Assembly: GCF_037042905.1 (NCBI RefSeq)
Contig: NC_087246.1
Location: forward strand, 4,838,001 to 4,902,000
DNA length: 64,000 bases
Reading direction: 5' to 3'
From: Lytechinus pictus
Taxonomy: Eukaryota
Below are positions 53,701 to 64,000 of this stretch, piece after piece; position 1 is the stretch's first letter; the number at the start of each line of letters is the position of its first letter. Position numbers and translations under genes: made by a program. The notes under the pieces were generated by a model. That model did not search any database. It saw only the letters and a program-made list of their open reading frames with translations, and was not told where the DNA came from.

Positions 53701-56081
53701 GTTTGTATTTGGTATTTCATGTTGAAATCGGCCCCTCATTTTGACCCCTTAAACCAAACTGATTTATTTTCCCTTGAATTGGCTTGGACGTGATGTGTTA
53801 TCTGAACACACATATAGCATTATGTTAGATAATTTGCTCCTATTCCCCATGTACTGCAATCTGGCAGTCTTCATCATTTTACATAATTTTGCATATCGGT
53901 CCGGTCATTGTGACGTAAGTCGTCAAGATGTGGCGTCAAGATTTCGGATGTAATATCTACTCCTGAAAATGTCACCATCGTTAAAGATGAAACGCTTTGT
54001 TATGAAAACTGGGCATTATGACCAACTTATAGGGGAAGTTTATTGTAAAAATAGCAAAAAATATAACAAAAAATATTAGCGAAGGTTTGAGAAAACTCCA
54101 TCAAAGAATATAAAAAGAATATCAGAATATTTATTATTGGATTTTTGACGTCATATGCGAGCAGCACATATCGTATGGTAAAAAAAATCAATGAAATTTC
54201 ATTTTTCTCAGATAAGTTAAAATGTTTTTAATGTGCCTTCAGTATATCAATAAACAACTTATTTCACACCCACTCCTAAAAATAAAAATAATAATAAGTC
54301 ATCACGAAATATTAAAAAATGAAATTTATGCATTATATATTACATAACATAATATGGGGCAGCTGCTCGTTTATGACGTCAAAAATAAAAAAAAACCTTG
54401 AAATTCTAATAACTTTCTTAATCTTCAATGGATTTTTCTCAAATCTTTACCGATGATTTTTCTATTATTTTTCTTTTGCTATTTTATAACAATTTTTTTT
54501 CAGGGTGAAATTTCCCTTTAAGATTACAGGCCTTTATTCGCACACTGCATGTGTTTATCATCTAAGTGTTCGAAAGCTCTGATTACGTCCTTTTTTGTTC
54601 CTATTGGAAGCGATGTGGCTTATAAATGTGTAATGTGACATAGATTTGACGAAATGCCTTTAAAGTCCTTTCCACTTTATGCTGCTAATTTACTTGTTGT
54701 GGTCTCTATCACTTCTGAGATGTTTCATGTCATGATATTTCATACTTATTTATTTAATTGGTACATATATATACATATTTCAATAGAATGTACGCCGGTC
54801 ATACTTAAATGAAAATTAATTCATCCATGCCTGCAAAAGTACCAACGTTTCAAAAGTTGCAATGAGATGCTTAAATTTCCTTTGATGCGAATCTATTTTT
54901 TTTCTAATAATGATACTCATCATAAACGCTATAGGAACATTTAATGAGACATTCTAGCATTTTCAACATCTTTTTTTTTCTTCATTTCATTTCTTTTTAA
55001 TTCCTTATCAAGTATTACTATCACTATCATGCTCTCGATTCGATGGAAATTTGAAAGAGCGAAGGAGAAGAGTTTGATGGCCAAAGGAAACATTAAAACT
55101 CTCGCCAGAATTATATAGATTAAAAGGCATCACCGCAAAGTTGGCTGATGTCATAATGGTTCACAGTAGATTTTCATTTTACGACCACCATACCTTACTA
55201 AAAATACTCCCGAATCTGAGAAAACACATTTTGATTATAACCTGTGCTAAGCATGTTCTAAACTTGGCCTCACTTAACTTTTATTTCATAAACTTCTGAT
55301 AACCGCAAGTCCAATGGCCTGATAAAAGGATTATAGTTCTTCTGAGACCAAACAATGATTTTCAATCAGTGCAGGGGCGGATCCAGCCTTCACCAATAGG
55401 GGGGCCCGGAATTATTTTTCAGCCATATTTTCCCTGATCGGCCGCTCGAAGATGATTTTTGTTTGTTTCTTTGAAGGGGTAGTCCTCATAGTAACTTCTT
55501 AGCTTTATCCTTATAAATCAACATAAATATATAATATCATAATCCTTATTCATACAATGCGAGCGCGAAGCGCGAGCTAAATTTTTTTTGAAAATTTTAT
55601 GTATTTTTCCTAAAATTTGAACATTCTGGGCAATGTTTGTTATCCTGAAAAAGATGTATATGCAACTAAATAATTACCAGGAACGCGAAGTGCGAGCAGA
55701 AATGAACTGATGGAAAGGGTACCTGTTAAAGACTGCTTGCAGTTAGCCATGAAGACGATGCATATTTCAACAATCAAACAATGCGAGCGCGAAGCGCGAA
55801 CTGAATTTTTTTTGACATTTTGACCTAAAAGAATGGAAATTCTAAGCACTTTTTGTAACTTAAAAAGAATAGGTATATAACTAAACAATTGATGCGAGCG
55901 GAAAATTTCGAGATTTATACCTAAAAACGAGACACTCTATTCCAGTGGCGTACCTAGGATTTTCAACAGGGGGGGCATAATCGACCGCCAAAAAATTTGA
56001 CAAGCAAAAAAAAAAAAAAAAAAAAAAAAAAAGGTCTTCAATAAAAAAATTTAGGTTCTCGTACCAGAAAATAATTTGACA

Positions 56082-56116
<35 letters not shown>

Positions 56117-59100
56117 TCTTCAGGTTCTTCAGGGGGGGGGGCATTAAAGGTCTTCAAGTTCGTCAGGGGGGCAAAAAAGGTCTTTTAAGCTCGTCAGGGG
56201 GGCAGGTATATGTCTTTTGTATGGGTTGTGGCTCGTCAGGGGGGGGGCAGAGTGCCTCCTCTGCCCCCCCCCCCGTAGGTACGCTAGTGCTCTATTCATG
56301 TTTTGTAAATCATGAAAAGTATGAGTAATTGGGGGTCTCCCTTACATTAATAATGCGAGCGCAAAGCGCAGGCAGAAAATTTTTATACACGTTTTCAGCT
56401 GATTGGAGAGGTATACCTGCCAAGGATTGCTTGCACTTAACCATGAAGACGTTACATATTTCAACAATCAAATAATGCGAGCGCGAAGCGCAGGCAGAAA
56501 GTTTTTATACACGTTTTGGTACTGATTGGAAAGGTACCTGCTAAGGACTGATTGCACTTAACCATGAAGACATTACATACTTCAACAATCAAATAATGCG
56601 AGCGCCGCCAAAGCGAGCTGAAATTTTTTGACATTTGTACATAAAGAATTGAAAATTTTAATCAATTTTTGCAATCATGAACAGGATGATTATATTATTA
56701 AACAATTGATGCAAGCGCAAAGCGCGATCAAAAAAATTGAGATTTAGACCTAAAAACGGGACACTCTGTTCATGTTTTGTAAATAATGAAAAGGATGAGT
56801 ATTAGGGGATCTTCCTACACTAATAATGTAAGCACAAAGTGCGAGCAGAAAATTTTTAAAATTTGATCTGAAACTGGATGATTTACATATAGACAAAGAT
56901 GAGTATCTGAATAAACATGCGCGCGTGTTTCAGATTTAGACCTAGAATCTAGGCATTCTAAATACATCATGAAAATCAAAGCGAGCGCGAAGCGCGAGCT
57001 TAAGCCATTTAATATTTCAGCTCTATATTTCAAGCACTTTGTAGGAAAATTGTGAGGTGGATATGGATCGCACTTAATAAAGATCTGATATTTTTCATTA
57101 TTCATATTACTTTAAAACTAAGTTTTGACATGGGACCATCCTTAGGTCATCATATGCAAATGACTATCTTCCTTTTCCTCTTGCTAAGCGCGAGATGAAA
57201 CAAAAGGGACAATTTAACTATTAGATTAATATCTTATTTATTAATGCCTAATGAGAGCGAGGAATCTGATGATATTATGGCCTGAAAACTGGAAATTTCA
57301 AGCACTTTTGTAATTAGGAATAAGATGCATCAGTTAATATATTTTTGACCATTAATGCGAGCGCAAATCGTGAGCCAACATTTATGATAAAATGTCATGT
57401 AAAGGGGATTTTAAGTAGTTTGTTGAGACATACACAATTCGCCAATAAAAATGTGAGCGTGTATCGCTATCTGATACGTTTTGACAATCATACCTGAAAA
57501 GGGATATTTTGAAAACTAAATGTAATACACAAAAATAATAGGTACCTGTTAAATCAAATTTTGCGAGCGCGCAGCGCGAGCAGAAAGTGTTAATATTCAC
57601 TCAGACCATAAAATTTTTATTTTAACAGAGCACTTTAAAAAAAAATCAATTTGGAAACCACACAAAATAATGAAAGTTCGATTTCCGATGTGAAATATGT
57701 ATTGTATATTGACTTTCAAACGTGATATTTAAGCTCCATATTGAACAAGATATGTAAATCACCTAACAGGGAATGCAAGCGCGAAGCGCGAGAGAAAATT
57801 TTATAAAGTGACATGAAAGATTCTTTTTGTTTTACAAGTCTCCCCCATCTTATTTTATGCACTCGTCTTCCTCCTCTTTTTTTTCTCCTCTCTTTTCCCT
57901 CCTTTTCTTCTTTTTTCCCCCTTTTTTTTATATTTTTTTTGCTCCGCCAATAGGGGGGTCCGGGCCCCTCGGCCCCCTGGATCCGCCTATGCAGTGGGCA
58001 GTAACGCTATAATTTAATTTAACAACTCCTCCATAATTTCTATCAAGGATTCACAACTTGAGGGGGTTTTTCTCAATCGTTTAAAGTGTCTTCACTTGAC
58101 AGAATTACACTACGTTGTTGAATATCTTTTTTTTTTAATCAGAGAAGAAACTGTCATGCTATCTCAAGAAAGCCAAGTATTCTGAGCACAATAGGACCCT
58201 TTGAAAAATGCTACACATTGTACCTTTCACCTCTGATTTGGTGGACAAAGTTGCAATGATCTTTTTATCGCAATAATATTCCCTCCGCGAAGCCCATTTG
58301 AAATAGTGATTGATTCAAATTATATATAAATGAATAGCAACATCCGATTTATATTATGTTCGACTTGTATCTAATGGCCAGATGATAAAGCCTCTATTAT
58401 GCAGTGATTTTGTTTGTTTTGCTTGTTTTTATACTTTTTATATTTTTTATTATCATTATCATTTATTTATTTGTTTATTTATTTATTCCTTTATCTAATT
58501 ATTTATTCTTCTTTTTTGGGGGGGAGGGGCATTCCGTCATTCCTGATCAACTGTTACTTATCATTAATGATGATGACATATCTACATTGTCCCTTACCCC
58601 CTTCCATTTACCCCACGGTTTCAGTTTTAAACTATCAGTTCATGTATAAAATGGCTTGGTGCCCCCCCCCCCGGGGGAGGGGGCACTTCCATTGACGAGT
58701 GGATACCATGCGCGACCATTGGGTCTCGAAAAGCACCCTAAACACGTATTTTCTATATTCTGAAAATGCACCCCTTAACAACTATTGGCGTATGAAACCC
58801 TACCCTTAACAAGTATTGGAAACAAAACGATACTCTTGGCAAGTATTCCCTGAATTGAACCCCTAAACAAGTACAGCAATATTTTAATTGTTATGTCACG
58901 GACGTCGGTCGTCGGTTTTACCTTAACCTACATCGTTGGGTTTAGTACAGCCCAACCTCCCACACCTCGCGCAAATCGTACTCTAAACATGTAGTGTTGA
59001 CTCTTGGGGCAAAAAGTACATCCTTTATAAAACAATTTAGTCAGTCTTAATTTCTTTTATGCCATAAGCATCGCAAATTTGACCCTAAACACGTAGCTTC

Positions 59101-62100
59101 CTAGCAAAAATAGATACCCTTTTTCATTATTGTAGTGTTTTTGACAACCTTATTACGTTACGTACGTAACGTGCCCTATCTTGAAAAAGACACAATTTTT
59201 ACGTGTTTTTTGGTAGCGCATGGTATCCACTCGTCAATGTATGTGCCCCCCCCCCCGGGCTGGGTGCCTATGAAAGAGCACTCCGGTATTCTTTTTTTTT
59301 CAGCTTCAAATATCGACTATGTATCATGATGTATGGAAATAGGAGGAAGTTTGAGCGCGGGAGACTTGATCCATCGTGGGTGTGCCGATGTGTGGTGCTC
59401 TGTCACCTATATCGTCTGATGACTCAAACATGAAGATGAACTATCTATCCAGTAAGACAACACCTGCCAATAAGTATGTACAATATGTCCACAGTTCTAG
59501 ATCCTGGTGAGAAGGGGCAGGGGAGGGGGAGGAAGGGGACAACGGGGTGCTTATTTAGCCTGTTACACTTTAAATGTTCACCGGATGTGACTTAAGATAT
59601 TCCGGTCATAGAGACTGAATATTACAGAATTAGATTACTTTAGGGTGTAACATAATGGTCTGACTTACTTTATAGCAAGTCCAGATTGACAAGAAAAGAG
59701 GAAAGGGAGAAAGAATTTTGAAGTAAAAGTTTCTATGAGTGAAGTTATCGCGAGAGGAGGGTAGATGAAAGTCGCAGGAATATGGAAGGGAAGGGGGAAA
59801 GGGGGAGGTATCGAGGCTAGACATGATGTAAGAGGACGGTTTAGAACGGGAGGGGGTATTACTGATCTGCATGACTTCCACAAGTTCTATTTTATATAGG
59901 TATATATCACTGAGGTCAAAGTTGTTTAACAATACACGTTCAATTCATCTGTATTGGCTTAACAGTACAGAACGCCTATATACAGTATATATCGAGAATA
60001 CAAAACAAAGCATTTGACAGAGTGATTATCTTACAACATAATAAATAAACAAATGAATGAATGATAAATATCAAAGGCTGACTGGAAGGAGGACATAAAG
60101 AAAGTAACAATCTCTGATAGAAAACAGATTGATTATTCAATTAATCCCTATATACAAAAGTCTAGAGGGAAAAAACAAATCAAAATTAAAATTTATTCGG
60201 GCAAGCCGGGCAGGGTCCTCTAAAATGAGTAAATATTCAATTTAAAATAATCGATCTTTCCCTAGGAAATGCAAAAAGGATTGATAATATCTTTCCGGTA
60301 TTTTTTTTAGAAAGAGAAATATACTTCACGCGAAGAACAGTGCGAATTGTATTGCAACATCTTTCCTGAAATCAAAATTATTATCTATTTCTTTTTCACG
60401 ATTTAATATTCTTGCCATCAGCCTTTCCTGATGCTGACAATACCAATTTGTCTTTCTTTATATCTTTTGTAAAAAAAAGACCCCTGATTCACATACAGTC
60501 ATTATTTGTTGGTGGATGTTATTTCAATATTTTAATGATTAAATGGAAACTTTGATGAACCCAAGTCCGAAAGCATTTTTCATCATACTGATCTGCAACT
60601 TTCATTTTGGATACCAAATCACCTATCATTCTGAAACACAGAGATCTAAAAATTATATAATTCTAGTATTTGACTAGATTCAATTTTACTACCTAACGCA
60701 AATGTTGTCTTTGTAAAAAAATAATGATAAAAACATTAATGAATTTAAAAATGTAATTTGACACGAAAATTGTTAATATTAGCTTGAGTGCTGATGCCGT
60801 ATTGTCACCAGGTCTGTAAAACCCAAGTTGCAATGAAGCATTGTATGTCTGGAAATAGATCCACAATAATTTCTTATCAGATTTATGGTGGTGTTTTGAA
60901 AGTTTACCAGTTCCAGCACGTGAATCCTGAACCAGCCAAAAATAGACTTTGAGATATTTATTTTAAGCGGATTGTGTCACTTATGAGTATAGGGGAAATA
61001 CTCTTCATTTCATCGGCAAGATTTCAAATCTTATAACTCAACGTCATGTGTCTCATTATTTGAGCAAAATAGGTATTGTTCCATGAGATGATATTGCTCA
61101 CAAAGTGAATAAAATGAATGTCTTCAATCATGTCTTTATATCATTTTATTACTTATGAAAATTTCCCCCGTCATTTCCCCCCATCATTGAATAAGAGATT
61201 CGTTTCTGTTTACACGCATCGTTTCGTTATAATAATTTCTTTACTTTTGGCGTCTTCTAAAAAAGATACAAGAGCTCTATCATGATGTTAAAGTACTTTG
61301 TTAGAGTAATTTCATTTCATTTCTCGCCATTTTTTTCATATTTCTCGTTTGACAATTGTTTCACATAAAAGAAAGCAACAGCAATAATAAATAATATAAA
61401 ATTACAGACAAATAAAAAGTATACAATTATTATGATACAATCAGTCAAGTAATACTTTAAGTCAAAGAAACATAAAACCAAGCCTGTAGAACTGCGGGGC
61501 CCGGGAATCACATAATGTTTCTTCCTTACCATGCCTAATGTACCAACTAACCCTTATTTACAAATTGAAGTATAACTTTTACGATGGAAATATAATCAGT
61601 ACATTGTTTGTTCCGTCACTATACCAAATAAAACTGTAAAGCAGCATGTCTTAGCTCTGTTTGGTCGATTTTTTTTAAATCTTTAATTCCACTCTGGAAT
61701 TTGGAACCTTCCGATTTAAGAGTTTAAACAATCATGTTAAAACTCCTTTCTGATTTTATTGGTTTTTAGCTAGTTCGTCCTTGAAGAATAGTTTCAAAAT
61801 ATATGCTCCAGAAATCCCCTCACTGGCAATCTATACTCACTCTTTATATACTGTACGTACTATAAAAAAATGTAGCGTAATATATATATATTTCATTATC
61901 TGATGAATTTCTTGTAACCTTGGGCCAAACTTCATCGCACATGATTGGTCTGTGACACGATCTATTTTTTTTTTTTTTATAAAACAATATATGATGTGAA
62001 CACTGGAAGTTGGCACCCTCAGTTCTCACCGTATATTAATACTGCAGTTAAAATCAATGACTATTTCACTTTTCCTTACACAGTTACAAGTATAAATAAT

Positions 62101-63647
62101 CTTTACGTCCAGCTACGATTGGAAACAATCATGGCCTTTACTCCAACTTCAAGGGTTGCAATTCCGACAATTCCGAAATAAGTTACTAATTCTCCAATTA
62201 AGAAAATTATATTCGTTTACATTTTCAGAAAATTTGCCAGATGCGATTTTTCCCCAAAATACTGGATGCGGGTAGACCATGTAGATAAGTCGTAACGTAG
62301 AGGCCTTATACAATACAAACTACATGGCCTGGTGGCTGTTTCATAAAGCTATTCGTAAAGTTACGCGCAACTTTAAGCACGACTGGAGCATGTTCTTAGG
62401 TGATAAATCCATTCTATAAGGATATCACATAGCACAATCATCACCAGTCGTGCGTAAAGTCATTCGTAACACGCATCTGAACCTGTATACCAGGTTTCTT
62501 TTTTTTCGCGCCAAGATAGCGTGGTTTTAATGATTAAGGATGAACATTGTCTTGAGTCAGACGACAACTGTCATGGTAACACAACCCTGGGAATAATGTT
62601 TTCAATATTTTAGAACAGACATTCCAACTAAATTTTGAGATACTAGGGCCTATAGTTGGTTATAGGCTTATGAATGGATGAATGTAATGAGTGAAATGGG
62701 TGGCAATGACAGTGGACATGAAATAGAAACAAAGTGACTCTAATCAGTCGATGCATTTCTTCAAATTCTGTAAACATATGAAATTTACAAAGTAGGATAT
62801 CAATGATCCATTGCATTTTTTTTACAAAAGGTAAGAAATTAACATGATTAAGACATATAAAACATTTGATAATCATGATTAAGGAATATAAAATCAAGAC
62901 ATGACAGAGGACTAATCATTAGCTTAGCCTAAGTTTAGAGCACTGTACTATCAAGCGTATAGTTTGGTAACTTAAAGGACAAGTCTACCCCAACAAATGA
63001 GGGACCTAATGACATCACTCACTCACTGTTTCTTTTGTATTTTATCATATGAAATATGAAATATTCTGATTTACTCCTCATTGTCCTGTGAAACAAAGTT
63101 TTATTTCACCCTGAACATGTGGAATTACCATTGTTTAACATTAATATGGTTCAGTCAAGTCGGTCATTATTGTCAAATCTGTAAGAATTAAAATATAGAA
63201 TAATTCAAACAATAAAAACAAAATAAATAGTGAGGGACATCATCGATTCTCTCATTTGCATGTGACAAAATTGTGCATATAACTATATTTTGTGAAAAAT
63301 AAGCGAAACTTTAAAATTTTATAACCTTCTTATTTTACATCCGATTTGATGAAATTTTCAGCATTGTCTGATTCTTCTCTACTCATTCAAATCCACATTT
63401 TTCTAAGGTGGACTTAACCTTTAACATCATTACAAGCGCTAGTATAAAGAGTAGTTTCGTTAACCAGAACAATAATTTATTGATCAAAGAAGTAGGTCAA
63501 AATCCATATTTATGAGCAAAGGAATCAGAGTGATGTTGAACTTACTTGTGGCTTGTAAAAGACCTTAGGATTCTCGTGTTTCAAACCAAACCAAGATTTC
63601 TTCACAGGAAACTTCTTGGCAGCAAAAACTTTAATAACAGCTTCCAT
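44382..63647 (-). CDS. rolling-stone-like membrane protein, paralogue 2; exons 63647-63546, 46630-46448, 45607-45466, 44896-44382
   Basis: GT/AG sites with phases 0,0,1 give MEAVIKVFAAKKFPVKKSWFGLKHENPKVFYKPQ|WRLPVWFFLSYRIF...FIYLSTWEN...|IVSLRKDHLE...EEDE|TPLSYKIQWFLFN...IIYW...KVHAI...HFIYP...GEPYIWPFLDYG. Linking exon 1 across 16.9 kb rests on the FGLxHxxPxxFxxxQ|W family motif and on phase. Confidence 0.85.
45930..46440. repeat. Degenerate (CAT/CAC/CGT)n trinucleotide tract, intronic
   Basis: Directly visible; it accounts for the poly-His/Asp/Met/Ile ORFs. Confidence 0.9.
47211..47424 (-). mobile_element. tRNA-derived SINE, internally deleted (Nin-domain-like core)
   Basis: A box TGGCCCAGTGG, B box GGTTCGAATCC, CACTCGACCCAGGTG core, GCGC stem-loop and (TAT)n tail. 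Confidence 0.8.
47650..47856. repeat. (CTTT)n followed by (GAT/GGT)n simple repeats
   Basis: Directly visible. Confidence 0.9.
47857..48212 (+). mobile_element. Full-length tRNA-derived SINE (Nin-domain-like core, L2-like tail)
   Basis: A box TGGTGTAGTGG, B box GTTCGAATCC, CTCGACCCAGGTGCTAAATGAGTACC core, GCGCTTT...AAAGCGC stem-loop and (TAT)n tail. Confidence 0.85.
48900..49120 (-). mobile_element. Diverged tRNA-derived SINE
   Basis: Minus strand GGTGTCTCAGTG...GTTCGATCCCCGGTCGTGCCATACCAAAC..., AT-rich tail. Confidence 0.55.
55372..57991. mobile_element. 2.6-kb non-autonomous DNA element with an internal ~110-bp-period GCGAGCGCGAAGCGCGAGC motif array
   Basis: TIR CAGGGGCGGATCCAG / CTGGATCCGCCTATG, CAGTG directly on both sides, and about 15 degenerate motif copies inside. 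Confidence 0.8.
55943..56289. mobile_element. hAT MITE nested in the 2.6-kb element
   Basis: CAGTGGCGTACCTA / TAGGTACGCTAGTG ends and a perfect 8-bp TSD CTCTATTC (55935-55942, 56290-56297). Confidence 0.9.
58670..59259. mobile_element. CCCGGG-terminus MITE
   Basis: TIR CCCGGGG..GGCACTTCCATTGACGAGTGGATACCA / TGGTATCCACTCGTCAATGTATGTGCC..CCCGGG; flanks CTTGGTG / CTGGGTG. Confidence 0.8.
62328..62475. mobile_element. Truncated fold-back MITE
   Basis: GTTACG..ACTTTAAGCACGACTGG and CCAGTCGTGCGTAAAGT..CGTAAC form inverted arms; the outer right arm is missing. Confidence 0.5.
62972..63424. mobile_element. TTAA-flanked MITE (Kolobok-like)
   Basis: TTAA-AGGACAAGTCTACC...GGTGGACTTAACCT-TTAA; internal sequence shared with 12718-13288. 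Confidence 0.8.
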
Positions 63648-64000
63648 ATTGGCTGGCAGAATTAAGTATAGTCCTTGAAGATCATAAAACTCCCTGATCA
63701 GGTCGTCTTCATTCCGAAGCTAGACCATCAAAGATAAACCGTGTTCCAGTTTCAAGTAATCTTGATAAAAAGTACACTTTTGATGATCCACCAAGCTCTA
63801 AATAAACAGGCTTTCCTGGTGTGCACGGAATTAAATTGAAATCTTTCGGTTGAAGTGAGAAGACAAGAAGTTGTCAAGGATCACATCGTATTCAGCCCGG
63901 ATTCTGGTTAAGCGTGTTAAGCAGGTAAGTAGCAAAAGGAATCAGGTTCAATTAACGCCTACTAACCTTCACCTCTCAAAGAATGGATTCCTCGTATATC

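Noticed and set aside
55557..57795. CRISPR-like regularly interspaced palindromic repeats
   Set aside because: Repeats are degenerate, spacers are ~90-100 bp and homologous to one another, there are no cas genes, and the array sits inside a TIR element in eukaryotic DNA.
59407..59450. Hammerhead core CTGATGA or C/D snoRNA
   Set aside because: No correctly placed GAAA or stem II, and no convincing box C/D pair.

Overview
AT-rich, intron- and repeat-rich animal genomic DNA. The repeat complement suggests an echinoderm such as a sea urchin; this is inference, not a lookup. There is no prokaryotic gene organisation, CRISPR array, rRNA or intact tRNA gene. From left to right: (1) the 5' part of a Ty3/Gypsy LTR retrotransposon on the minus strand (LTR, PBS, gag with a 4-bp frameshifting insertion, a -1 ribosomal frameshift signal, and a pol frame with PR-RT-RNase H that runs off the window start); (2) a rolling-stone-like (FAR-17a/AIG1-related) membrane-protein gene on +; (3) a spliced gene on + encoding three death domains separated by Pro-rich linkers, built by duplication of a 3-exon phase-1 module, with a palindromic NF-kB-type site upstream and signs of recent sequence transfer between the modules; (4) a second, convergent rolling-stone-like paralogue on - with four coding exons and a ~17 kb first intron. 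Introns and spacers hold nested mobile elements: two decayed LINEs, Tc1/mariner-, hAT-, Harbinger-, EnSpm- and Kolobok-type MITEs, a Helentron-type (DINE/Tsp-like) element, several SINEs and a degenerate hammerhead ribozyme. The most unusual items are the triple death-domain gene and a SINE-like element whose head resembles 7SL RNA. Exon models were built by hand from GT/AG sites and frame continuity; family assignments come from recognised motifs, not database searches.
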